From positions 14,834 through 78,833 of the forward strand of contig MEOG01000073.1 in NCBI GenBank assembly GCA_001769125.1: DNA of 64,000 nucleotides. Direction: 5' to 3'. Both the position numbers and the translations under genes were made by a program. A model generated the notes under the pieces. The model was not told the origin of the DNA. It made no database searches and saw only the letters and a list, made by a program, of their open reading frames with translations. This stretch comes from Bacteroidetes bacterium GWF2_35_48 (GTDB taxonomy: Bacteria; Bacteroidota; Bacteroidia; Bacteroidales; GWF2-35-48). Below are positions 35,498-44,996 of this stretch, in pieces (the first letter of the stretch is position 1; each line of letters starts with the position of its first letter).

Positions 35498-38242
35498 ATG
35501 AAACAATATTTTTTTCTTTTACCTGCAATTTTACTAATCTCTTTGCAATCTGCAAAATCTCAGGTGTGGCCGGCAAGTCTTGCAGGACAATGGCAGTTTG
35601 ATGTGCTTTCAAATCCACTTCAGGCTACAGTGGGACAAAATCTTGTTTTGCATGGTTCTCATATAAATGTTTCCGGAACCGAACCAATGGATGGCGCTTA
35701 TGCAATCAGTACAGGTTCTTATTATGAGTGCCAGCATGGGATTGCTCCTAATGGCGGAGGAAGCGGAAGCTATGTGAATGAATATTCAATTCTTATTGAT
35801 TTTAAAATTCCGGATGCTACAGCCTGGCATTGCTTTTATCAGACCAATGCAGCCAATTCCAATGACGGTGAAATTTTCATGAATACTTATGGAAATATTG
35901 GTTTATCAACAACCGGTTATTCAGGGTTTGCGGTAATGCGAAATGTATGGCATCGTTTGCTTATCACAGTTGATCTTGGAAATTTTTTCAGATATTATTT
36001 AGATGGAAAACTTATTTGTGAAGCAACCAGTCAGAGCCTCGATGGGAGGTTTTCTTTAGATCCCACGCTTTTATTTTTTGCTGATGATAATGCTGAAGAT
36101 GGTGAAATTCATGTGTCCCAGATCGCTTTATTCAATACTGCATTATCAACACAGGAAGTGTTTGATTTAGGCGGTTTCAATGCTTCGCTCCTTCATCCTT
36201 ATTTGCAATCGCCCACACCGAATTCAATATACGTTTCATGGCTTTCCGCACAAACATCTTCAACTTTTATTCAGTATGGTTTAACAAATTCGCTTGGCTT
36301 ACTTGCTTCCGGAACCTATGAAGACATTTCGGGAAATTTATGGCACACTGTAAAATTAACAGGATTGCTCCCCGATACAACCTATTATTACCGTTGTATC
36401 AGCGGGAATGATACTTCTGTTGTTTATCCCTTTCAAACGCCACATCTGAACAGCACATCCGGCAAACATCTTCGTTTTGTTAAGCTTGGCGATTCTCAAA
36501 CACATTTCAATATTTCCAAACCATTAGCTGATTCCTTAAAATCAAAATTGATTGAATTGTATGGAACAAGCTGGTATAAAGAGGTGGATTGTATTATGCA
36601 TACAGGCGATATTGTTGGAGTTGGCTCTACTATTAATTCCTATCAGGCTGAATTTTTCAACACCTTTGCTGATCTTTCATGCTCTGTTCCTGTAATGATT
36701 TCTATAGGTAATCATGAAGAAGAAAGTGCAAATTTTTATAAATTCATGAAATATGAAGATTTCTCTGATTATTCAAGCCCTAATATTCTTAATGAAAAGT
36801 TTTATTCTTTCACATTAGGAAACGCTCAGTTTATTATTTTAAATTCAAATGGTCTATACAATACTACAGAGCAAACTACATGGCTGGGAAATAAACTGGC
36901 GGTTTCAGATGTAAATCCTGACATAGATTTTGTGTTTACTTTTTCTCACCAACCGGGACTGACAGAGCTGTGGCCTGATGGAAATACATCTTACGTCTGG
37001 AGTAATGTAATGGGAGCAATTGCGCAATATCCGAAAGCAACCATTCATTTTGGCGGGCATTCCCATTGTTATGAGCGGGGTTATTATTATGGAACAAGCA
37101 CCCAGAAGCGCGATTTCAGGACTGTTGTCAGCGGTGGGATGGGAGGTACGCTCGACCGTTGGGGCGATTATTCAAATCAGACCAATTATCAGACAACACA
37201 TCGTTCACTGGATCATTATAATTATGTAATAATTGATGTGGATATTGATTCAAAAAGTTACTCAGGTAAAACTTTTAGCATGGGGCATCCACAGAAGTCG
37301 CTTGCAAATGTGCTTGTAGATTTTTGGCATGGAAAAGCGAATCAGGCAGCCCCGGAAGCACCGCTGGCACTATATCCATATCTTTCAGCAAATACAGCAC
37401 CCGTGTTAATTGCTTCGCCTTTTTCAGGGCTTGATACACTTTTTTCTTCGCAATTTCAAATCAGCGCAAGCGAGGGGAATTGGTTGAATCCTGTTTTTAA
37501 TTCAATTCGCGATATGGAAAATTATTACGGTTCTACAGGAAATCCTGATTATTATCCTGTGGATATGAATACCAATATAGACATCCAACGTTGTGCTGTT
37601 ACAGCCGGATTGCTCACAAGTGGTACGACTTACTGGTGGCGTGTTCGTTATCGTGATAAAAATTTACGCTGGAGCAATTGGTCGCTTGATCAGGCTTTCA
37701 CTGTTGAACCAAATCTTGCTGATGCTGCTGATTTTACAGCAGATGTTACATCCGGAAATTTACCTCTGACAGTGCATTTTACTGATATTTCAAACAACAG
37801 CCCTCTCTCATGGGAGTGGGATTTTGATAATGATGGTGTCATTGACAGTTATGAGCAGGATCCTGTTTTTACGTACACAAGTCCCGGTTTGTATTCTGTT
37901 GCATTAACAAGTTATTTTTCCACACAAAATCTTACTGAAACGAAAACGAATTATATAAACGTGCTGCCTTCTAATGTAGATTTTAATAGCGAAAAAACTG
38001 ATTTTGTAATTTATCCGAACCCTGTTGATAAAATACTTATGCTTGATTTTATTTCAGATGAAATCGCAAAAGAAATTTCTATAAGCATATCTGATTTATC
38101 TGGTAGAAAAATATTAGAATTCACAAAATCGTGTTCAAATAAAGTTTTTCTCGATGTTTCAATGTTTGATTCCGGAATTTACATACTAAAAGTGCAGAAT
38201 GAAAATAAAGAATATAAAAGAATGATTTTTATTGTAAAGTAA
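35498..38242 (+). CDS. purple-acid-phosphatase-like metallophosphoesterase with N-terminal LamG-like region, PKD-like module and T9SS C-terminal domain
   Basis: GDSQ, HTGDIV, GNHE and GHSHCYERG metallophosphoesterase motifs. FN3-like PAP N-domain (SIYVSW...PDTTYYYRC). C-terminal IYPNPVDKILMLDF...GIYILKV. Confidence 0.8.
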   Translation: MKQYFFLLPAILLISLQSAKSQVWPASLAGQWQFDVLSNPLQATVGQNLVLHGSHINVSGTEPMDGAYAISTGSYYECQHGIAPNGGGSGSYVNEYSILIDFKIPDATAWHCFYQTNAANSNDGEIFMNTYGNIGLSTTGYSGFAVMRNVWHRLLITVDLGNFFRYYLDGKLICEATSQSLDGRFSLDPTLLFFADDNAEDGEIHVSQIALFNTALSTQEVFDLGGFNASLLHPYLQSPTPNSIYVSWLSAQTSSTFIQYGLTNSLGLLASGTYEDISGNLWHTVKLTGLLPDTTYYYRCISGNDTSVVYPFQTPHLNSTSGKHLRFVKLGDSQTHFNISKPLADSLKSKLIELYGTSWYKEVDCIMHTGDIVGVGSTINSYQAEFFNTFADLSCSVPVMISIGNHEEESANFYKFMKYEDFSDYSSPNILNEKFYSFTLGNAQFIILNSNGLYNTTEQTTWLGNKLAVSDVNPDIDFVFTFSHQPGLTELWPDGNTSYVWSNVMGAIAQYPKATIHFGGHSHCYERGYYYGTSTQKRDFRTVVSGGMGGTLDRWGDYSNQTNYQTTHRSLDHYNYVIIDVDIDSKSYSGKTFSMGHPQKSLANVLVDFWHGKANQAAPEAPLALYPYLSANTAPVLIASPFSGLDTLFSSQFQISASEGNWLNPVFNSIRDMENYYGSTGNPDYYPVDMNTNIDIQRCAVTAGLLTSGTTYWWRVRYRDKNLRWSNWSLDQAFTVEPNLADAADFTADVTSGNLPLTVHFTDISNNSPLSWEWDFDNDGVIDSYEQDPVFTYTSPGLYSVALTSYFSTQNLTETKTNYINVLPSNVDFNSEKTDFVIYPNPVDKILMLDFISDEIAKEISISISDLSGRKILEFTKSCSNKVFLDVSMFDSGIYILKVQNENKEYKRMIFIVK

Positions 38243-38270
38243 ATATGTATAACAATTAAAAAAAGTTTAT

Positions 38271-39242
38271 ATGAAAACAAAATTTTTTATTTTATCAGTT
38301 TCCGCTCTGGCATTGATAACGAGTATTGCAAATGCTCAGCTTATTAACCCGGGATTTGAAACATGGACAAACGATATTCTTGTTCCAGCAGCTATGAATC
38401 CTAATAGTGGTAATGATACGTATGGATGGTGTGATTATAATTTTTTTAATAGTCCTTTAGCAGGAAACAGTCCTATTACAGTTACAAGATGTACTGATAC
38501 TGTACGCACTGGGAATTACTCTGTTCGTTTAGAAAGTAAGGTTTACACACCAACATCGTGGAATATTTATAAATACTGGGGCATTCCATTTATAGGTCAT
38601 GAATATAATGATACTTTGGGAATTTTGTTTAATGGAAAACTTAATGTTACAAACCAGACTTTTATACCGGGAACAGCGTGTCCTCAAAATTTAGCTCAAT
38701 TTAAATTTTATTATCAATATCGCCCAAATGGAAATGATACAGCAGAATGTCGTGTTGCGTTAATGAGTGGCGACTCGCTGGTAGCAGGTGGTGCATTTAA
38801 AACAAGTACTGCAACAGCGGGTTCGGGCTGGCAAGAGGCCGTGATTGATTTTACTTATATAAGCGGATTAACGCCCGATACTTTATATGTTTTGTTTAGC
38901 TCCACATCTCTCGATTATAGTCCCCGTAGCGGAAGCGTACTCTGGATAGATGATGCAAGTTTTGTATTTCCGACAGGTGTTGAACAGATTCTCGAAGAAG
39001 AAAGCAACGTGACAATTTTTCCTAATCCATCAAACGGTGCTTTTTCTATACGGAATTTGCAAGGAAACAATAATCAGCAAATCATAGAAATTTACAATTT
39101 ACTCGGAGAAAAAGTTTATTATGCTTTTTATAAAGATAAATCAATGCTCGATGTTGATATTTCTTCTTCTTCAAGAGGAATTTATTTTGTGAAATTTTTT
39201 GATGAGGGAAAAATCAATATTGAAAGAATTGTAATACAATAA
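38271..39242 (+). CDS. secreted protein of unknown function with T9SS C-terminal domain
   Basis: Signal peptide and C-terminal IFPNPSNGAFSIRN...GIYFVKF. Confidence 0.55.
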   Translation: MKTKFFILSVSALALITSIANAQLINPGFETWTNDILVPAAMNPNSGNDTYGWCDYNFFNSPLAGNSPITVTRCTDTVRTGNYSVRLESKVYTPTSWNIYKYWGIPFIGHEYNDTLGILFNGKLNVTNQTFIPGTACPQNLAQFKFYYQYRPNGNDTAECRVALMSGDSLVAGGAFKTSTATAGSGWQEAVIDFTYISGLTPDTLYVLFSSTSLDYSPRSGSVLWIDDASFVFPTGVEQILEEESNVTIFPNPSNGAFSIRNLQGNNNQQIIEIYNLLGEKVYYAFYKDKSMLDVDISSSSRGIYFVKFFDEGKINIERIVIQ

Positions 39243-39446
39243 ACAAAATTTATAAAATTCAGCTTTACATTTAGCGATGCTGATTTTGTAACAGACAATA
39301 CAGATTACTACATATTAAAAATTATCTGAAAAACAAATCTGCGAAAAATGGTATAACCTGACCGAAACGTGAGGATTTGTTGTAAAAACAATGTGACTGA
39401 ATTTTACCAAGATTAAATTATACAATACAAGGGCTTAGTCCTTGCA

Positions 39447-40145
39447 TTACATTATTTTTTCAATCAGATGCTCTGTCTTTTCTCTTATGGATTCATACAT
39501 TGTATGCTTCAGAATATCGAATTCAGTTTTTGCATAAGTACCTGTTATTTTTTTGTTTTCAAGACGGTAAATTTTATCACAGACCGATTCAAGGGATTCG
39601 AAAATATGCGAGGTTATTATAATTGTTTTTCCATTTTGTTTCATGCGCGATAAAATATTTTTCAGAATTTGCACTGTTTCAATATCCAATCCGTTAAAGG
39701 GTTCATCGAGCATCAGCATTTTTTTATCTTGCTTCATTAGTGCGAATATTGCAAGTTTTTTTTTCATGCCGGTAGAGTAATTTTCTATCAACTCGTTTAA
39801 GGGTAACTGAAATAATTCCTGCCATTCTTCAATCTTGAATTTTTCATTTTGTTTTGGAAAAATTTTCAGATATTCTTTTCCTGTAATGCCCGGATAGAAA
39901 TAATTTCCGGTTTCAAGAAACGATATATCTTTTCTTTGTATTTTTTTATTATCCAATAAAATTTCTCCCGAAACAGGTTTCACAAATTGAAAAAAACAAT
40001 TCAGCAAAGTTGTTTTACCAGAGCCGTTCAGACCAACAAGACCGTGTATCAATCCTGAATCTAAAATTAGATCAAGATTTTCAAGCACAAGATTTTTTTC
40101 GTAAGCAACACAAAGTTTATTTATTGTAAGCATTGAGATATACAT
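39447..40145 (-). CDS. ABC transporter ATP-binding protein
   Basis: Walker A GLNGSGKTT, signature YSTGMKKK, Walker B LMLDEP. An alternative start lies at 40133. Confidence 0.85.
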   Translation of the reverse strand: MYISMLTINKLCVAYEKNLVLENLDLILDSGLIHGLVGLNGSGKTTLLNCFFQFVKPVSGEILLDNKKIQRKDISFLETGNYFYPGITGKEYLKIFPKQNEKFKIEEWQELFQLPLNELIENYSTGMKKKLAIFALMKQDKKMLMLDEPFNGLDIETVQILKNILSRMKQNGKTIIITSHIFESLESVCDKIYRLENKKITGTYAKTEFDILKHTMYESIREKTEHLIEKIM

Positions 40146-41067
40146 TAAGATTTTTACCTGCTTTTATAAAGTTACGAATGGTTAAAAGAAGCGGTACAGG
40201 AAGAAAAAACGGCAGCGCAATGCTTATTAATACAAGAGCTTTCATGATTTCATTTCCTGTTACAGATTTTCCTGCTTCATACAAAGAATATTTTGAAACA
40301 ATAAAATAGCACATGATAATAAATGTAAATAACACGAAAAAGCAAACTACCCACCATGTTTCAGGATGTATAAGCGTACTTAAAATTATAACAGGACTAA
40401 TGAACAGCAGGTATAATTTACAATGATTTTTAATTTTCTGAAGAAGAAATTTTTTTACAGGAATTTCGTTGGCGCGTAATATTTCAAAGGATTCGCCATG
40501 ATTGTAAAATTCAGAAATGATCATGAAAAGAAACCATAATACAAAAAGACTTGCATAAGGATAATATAACAATGCCAAAGAAGCAGCATAGAGCACTACA
40601 ATCCAAATCTGATATTTTCTGAAACCGGCTTTCCATTCAAAATTGTTGTCAGGAATAAATCTGTTCAAAGGTGCTGTAGATTTTAAACGGGCAGGGGTAT
40701 AGGAAATTAAACTGAGAAAAAATAAAAGCATAGCCCAGAGCATACTTAGATACCAGACTCCTGATGCAATCAGAATAATCCATAAAGGACTTGAAAAAAC
40801 AAGGTATTCAGAAAAATAAATTATATTTTTTTGCTGTGTGATATGCGATAAAAACCTTTTGTCTTTTCTGTTGATATGAATAAAAAAGAGTATTAAAAAT
40901 GCTAAAGAAAGAAGAATCAATTGTTCCGGAAATTTTTTTGCATTATGAAAGCAGTTATAGCCAAGATAAATCAGAACAAGTAATAAAAACAAATAGTGGA
41001 CGAGGGTCATTCCTTTGAGTTGCCTCTTCAACTGCTGTATTCGGAGTATTATGAATTGCTTTATCAT
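40117..41067 (-). CDS. polytopic membrane protein, probable permease partner of the ABC ATPase
   Basis: 316 aa with about 8 hydrophobic segments. It overlaps the ATPase gene. No motif recognised. Confidence 0.5.
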   Translation of the reverse strand: MIKQFIILRIQQLKRQLKGMTLVHYLFLLLVLIYLGYNCFHNAKKFPEQLILLSLAFLILFFIHINRKDKRFLSHITQQKNIIYFSEYLVFSSPLWIILIASGVWYLSMLWAMLLFFLSLISYTPARLKSTAPLNRFIPDNNFEWKAGFRKYQIWIVVLYAASLALLYYPYASLFVLWFLFMIISEFYNHGESFEILRANEIPVKKFLLQKIKNHCKLYLLFISPVIILSTLIHPETWWVVCFFVLFTFIIMCYFIVSKYSLYEAGKSVTGNEIMKALVLISIALPFFLPVPLLLTIRNFIKAGKNLNVYLNAYNK

Positions 41068-41405
41068 TATTTTAAACAGTCAGTTCAATTGTTATCATTA
41101 CAAAGATTTTAAAATTTGTAAAAAATGTACATGCAAATAACGAATAGCTTTTAAATATAGTACTTGTTTGAAAGTTCATGTGCAAAGATGCAACATTTTT
41201 CATTCGCCCCCAAAAATTATCCGTTCATCAAACATTCCAATACATTTGACAACATAAAAGTATCCATTCATAAAATATGTTATAAAACATATATGGGGGG
41301 GGTAAAATCGGATGCTTTATTGTATTTTTACATAAGGTTTGGCCAAACCAATAGCGGATGCCGAAAAGCTTAATCAGAGTAGGCAAAATAAAAAATTGAA
41401 AGAGT

Positions 41406-41639
41406 ATGAAAAAACAAAAATTCAACAAAAAACTTGTTTTAAACAAGGAAACCATTGCGAAGCTGAATGGGGAAGAAATGAATGAGGTTAAAGGTGGGAC
41501 AGACACTATAAATACATTCGCTACAGTTTGCAATTCCGGTTGTGTAACTTGTCAAACTTGCGGAAACACTTGCAACACTTGTTATCCATGTATCGAAACA
41601 ATTCTACAAACATGTAATCCATCATGTTATTGTAAGTAA
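41406..41639 (+). CDS. lanA: lanthipeptide precursor (LanA) with Bacteroidetes-type double-glycine leader
   Basis: Leader MKKQKFNKKLVLNKETIAKLNGEEMNEVKGG (31 aa). The 46-aa core TDTINTFATVCNSGCVTCQTCGNTCNTCYPCIETILQTCNPSCYCK has 10 Cys and 12 Ser/Thr. It sits upstream of lanC/lanB/lanT. Confidence 0.85.
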   Translation: MKKQKFNKKLVLNKETIAKLNGEEMNEVKGGTDTINTFATVCNSGCVTCQTCGNTCNTCYPCIETILQTCNPSCYCK

Positions 41640-41650
41640 ACAAATTTTTT

Positions 41651-41679
41651 GAAAGGACATCTTGTATGTCCTTTCTTTT
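41651..41679 (+). terminator. rho-independent terminator/attenuator immediately after lanA
   Basis: GAAAGGACAT-CTTGT-ATGTCCTTTC followed by TTTT. Confidence 0.75.
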
Positions 41680-41700
41680 ATCAAAATAATATGAAAAATA

Positions 41701-43749
41701 ATGAAAAAAAACTTATTATTACTTGGATTTATCGTGTTTGTTTCTTTTGCACATGCGCAATGGCAGTGGCTAAATCCAAAACCACAAGGGAATTATCTTA
41801 GTTCTGTTCATTTTCCGTCACCACTCGTAGGTTATGCAGCCGGAGTGAATGGTACACTGATAAAAACAACAGATGGCGGCGTTGTATGGGAGAACTTAGG
41901 AAATGGGTATAATTATGATATAAATTCAATATTCTTTACAAGTGAACAAACCGGTTATTGTGTTGGAGCCAATGGGAGAATATTTAAAACCACCGATGGA
42001 GGTATAACATGGAGTATATCGAATGTATCTAGTCCTTATTGGTTATGGTCTGTTTATTTTATTACACCAGAAATAGGATTTGCATCCGGTTTAAATGGTA
42101 GGCTTTATAAAACCACAAATGCTGGTGTAACATGGACGTATAAACCAACTGGCACACAAAATCATTTATATTCAGTTTTTTTTGTTAATCAACAAATTGG
42201 TTTTGCAGTTGGCGATCAAGGAAGAATAATTAAAACTACAGATGGCGGAGAGACTTGGAACACATGTTTGAATGTTTCTAACCAGCAATTATGGTCTGTA
42301 TTTTTTACAGATTCAATAACAGGTTTTGCGTGTGGTTTAAACGGAACAATTCTAAAAACAACAGACTGTGGTGATACTTGGGAACAACAAATTACAAATA
42401 CTTATTTCAATTTTTATTCGATATTTTTCATCAATTCTTCAACAGGGTTTGCTACAGGAGAAACTGGAAGAATTATAAAAACAACAAATTCAGGAGCTAC
42501 ATGGGATCTTATTCAAACATCTTATTACGATTTGTTTAGTATTTGTTTTCCTGATGACACGCATGGAATTGCAGTCGGGTATGGCGGGAGTGTAGTCATA
42601 ACACATGATGCAGGTTTAAATTGGGAGTTTTCGGTTCCGCTTATTTTTGGTGAAATAAATTGTTTGTTTTTTTTAAATGACAGTATGGGTTATATCGGAA
42701 CAGAAAATGGAAAAATATTTAAAACAACAAATGGTGGCGATACATGGGATTTATCATCTGGAATTAGCAATAATAGCATTAACTCAATCTGGTTTAGTGA
42801 TCCCCAAAATGGAATGGCTGTAGGTAATGCAGGAACAATATTATCTACAGAAGATGGTGGGCAAAACTGGAGTATTGCAAATAGCACTGTTCAGGTTAAT
42901 CTCAACTCCATTTGCATGACAAATAACAGTACTGCTTTTATTGTTGGGGATAATGGAAAAATATATAAAACTTCTGATAATGGAGTTAACCTTACGCTGC
43001 AAATTAGCAATTTTACAGGTACTTTAAGATCTGTATATTTTATTGAACCAGTAACAGGTTATGCCTGTGGCGATAGCGGTATGATTATGCAAACGCTTGA
43101 TGCTGGTGTTACATGGGAGTCATATAATACAAATACAGGGAAGATTTTATATTCATTATTTTTTGTAAACAAAAACGTAGGCTTTGCTGTTGGAGAAAGT
43201 TATAAAACAATGAAAACAACAGATGGGGGTTATAATTGGATAAGTATAACTGTTGCGCAACTCCCAAGTATGTCTGATTATTTTACTTCAGTTTTTTTCT
43301 TGAATAATGATACAGGTTATACTGCCGGAATAAATGGTGTTATATGGAAAACGACAAATGGAGGCAATAGTTGGTCAAATGATAATAGTTGCACATCAAA
43401 TCACCTTAATGCAGTACAATTTACCAGTAACAATGTTGGATATGCAGTTGGTTTTGCGGGAAATATTATTAAATATACAGGGAATTCAACTGTTAATATA
43501 AATGAAAAATTAATTAATCAAGACGTAAGGATATATCCTAACCCTGTATCGAATATTACAACAATTGAAAACACTTGCCATTGCAAATCAAGCATAGATA
43601 TTTACAATATGGAAGGGAAAAAAGTTTTTACTCAAATAACAGAAGAAAAAATTGTACAAATAGATATATCAAAATTTCCTACAGGTATTTATTCTGTTCG
43701 TTTGAAAAATGCAAACGGTGTATGGGTAGATAGAATTGTGAAGATATGA
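41701..43749 (+). CDS. BNR/Asp-box (YCF48/sortilin-like) beta-propeller repeat protein with T9SS C-terminal domain
   Basis: More than 10 repeats of the I/Y-K-T-T-D/N-G-G-x-T/S-W motif. C-terminal IYPNPVSNITTIEN...GIYSVRL. Confidence 0.75.
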   Translation: MKKNLLLLGFIVFVSFAHAQWQWLNPKPQGNYLSSVHFPSPLVGYAAGVNGTLIKTTDGGVVWENLGNGYNYDINSIFFTSEQTGYCVGANGRIFKTTDGGITWSISNVSSPYWLWSVYFITPEIGFASGLNGRLYKTTNAGVTWTYKPTGTQNHLYSVFFVNQQIGFAVGDQGRIIKTTDGGETWNTCLNVSNQQLWSVFFTDSITGFACGLNGTILKTTDCGDTWEQQITNTYFNFYSIFFINSSTGFATGETGRIIKTTNSGATWDLIQTSYYDLFSICFPDDTHGIAVGYGGSVVITHDAGLNWEFSVPLIFGEINCLFFLNDSMGYIGTENGKIFKTTNGGDTWDLSSGISNNSINSIWFSDPQNGMAVGNAGTILSTEDGGQNWSIANSTVQVNLNSICMTNNSTAFIVGDNGKIYKTSDNGVNLTLQISNFTGTLRSVYFIEPVTGYACGDSGMIMQTLDAGVTWESYNTNTGKILYSLFFVNKNVGFAVGESYKTMKTTDGGYNWISITVAQLPSMSDYFTSVFFLNNDTGYTAGINGVIWKTTNGGNSWSNDNSCTSNHLNAVQFTSNNVGYAVGFAGNIIKYTGNSTVNINEKLINQDVRIYPNPVSNITTIENTCHCKSSIDIYNMEGKKVFTQITEEKIVQIDISKFPTGIYSVRLKNANGVWVDRIVKI

Positions 43750-43784
43750 AAATGTAATATAAGAATTGTAAAATATCAACTAAT

Positions 43785-44978
43785 ATGAAGCAAATAGAAA
43801 ATAAAATATATAATATTTGTAGCTTAATAAATGATGATGATAATCAAAAAAAAGAAATCGGGCTTCTTACCGGGAATAGTGGGTTTGCTATTTATTTGTT
43901 TGAAATCGGGTCAAAATATTCTGATGCAAACCATCAGGAAAATGCTACTGAAAAAATATACAATTGTATAAATTCAATAAATACAGGTAACTTTTCTCCA
44001 ACTTATTGTAACGGTGTTGCCGGGTTTTGTTGGACTTTAGAATATTTAGCGCAGAATGATTATGTTGACAATGCAGATATTGAAATAGTAAACAATTTTG
44101 ATGAATACCTTCACAATCAAATGATCCGCTTTATTCAACAAAAAAACTATGACTATCTTCATGGAGCTGTAGGCGTTGGTCTTTATTTTATTAAGAGAAG
44201 TAAACGAGATAAAAATGTAATTTCTTATTTAGACGAGCTTCTTGATATTTTAAAAGCGGTAAGTATAGAAGAAGCAGATGGAAGCTTAAAATGGAAATCT
44301 GTTGTTATTAATGAAACGGGACAGGAAGCTTTTAACCTTAGCCTGTCTCATGGTATTACCAGTATTATTGCTTTTACAGCAAAATTAGTAAAAGAAGATA
44401 TTTGCAGAGAAAAAGCACTGAATATTTTAGATGGTGCATTAAAATATTTATTAAAACATAAAAAGAACCCCCTTGAAAATATTGTTTATTTTCCCTCTTG
44501 GGTTGATGAAAATGATATTGCGCCAAAAGGTGGGAGAATGGCCTGGTGCTATAATGATTTAGGAATTGCTGCGGTTTTATATTGGGTAAGTGATGTAATT
44601 AAAGATGCTTCCTTAAAAAAACTATCTGTTGAAATTTTAACGTATCACTCAAATACAAGGGACTTAAAAAAAGCCGGAGTGGCAGATGCAGGTTTGTGCC
44701 ACGGTTCTGCAGGTATTGCACATATTTATTACCGAATGTTTTTTAATACAGGTATTGAAAGCTTTAGAGAAACAGCAGCCTTTTGGTTTGATGAAACACT
44801 AAAACTGGCAACATTTGATGATGGGCCTGCCGGTTATAAAGCATGGCATACAGAAAAGTACGGAGGCTGGGTAAGCGAATATGGAATATTGGAAGGTATT
44901 GCGGGCATTGGTTTGGCGATGCATTCTTATATAACAGGCACAGAACCTAAGTGGGATGAATGTTTATTGTTGAGTTAA
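43785..44978 (+). CDS. lanC: LanC-type lanthionine cyclase
   Basis: LSHGITS, WCYNDLG and GLCHGSAGIAHIY provide the zinc-ligand Cys/Cys/His contexts of LanC. Confidence 0.9.
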   Translation: MKQIENKIYNICSLINDDDNQKKEIGLLTGNSGFAIYLFEIGSKYSDANHQENATEKIYNCINSINTGNFSPTYCNGVAGFCWTLEYLAQNDYVDNADIEIVNNFDEYLHNQMIRFIQQKNYDYLHGAVGVGLYFIKRSKRDKNVISYLDELLDILKAVSIEEADGSLKWKSVVINETGQEAFNLSLSHGITSIIAFTAKLVKEDICREKALNILDGALKYLLKHKKNPLENIVYFPSWVDENDIAPKGGRMAWCYNDLGIAAVLYWVSDVIKDASLKKLSVEILTYHSNTRDLKKAGVADAGLCHGSAGIAHIYYRMFFNTGIESFRETAAFWFDETLKLATFDDGPAGYKAWHTEKYGGWVSEYGILEGIAGIGLAMHSYITGTEPKWDECLLLS

Positions 44979-44996
44979 GGTTTATAAAAGTAAGGC

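Noticed and set aside
41164-41533. ORFs 41164-41373 (+) and 41228-41533 (-) upstream of or overlapping lanA as additional precursor or regulator genes
   Set aside because: They show no leader/core organisation and no motifs. The minus-strand ORF overlaps lanA antisense. The region is better explained as the lanA promoter/leader.
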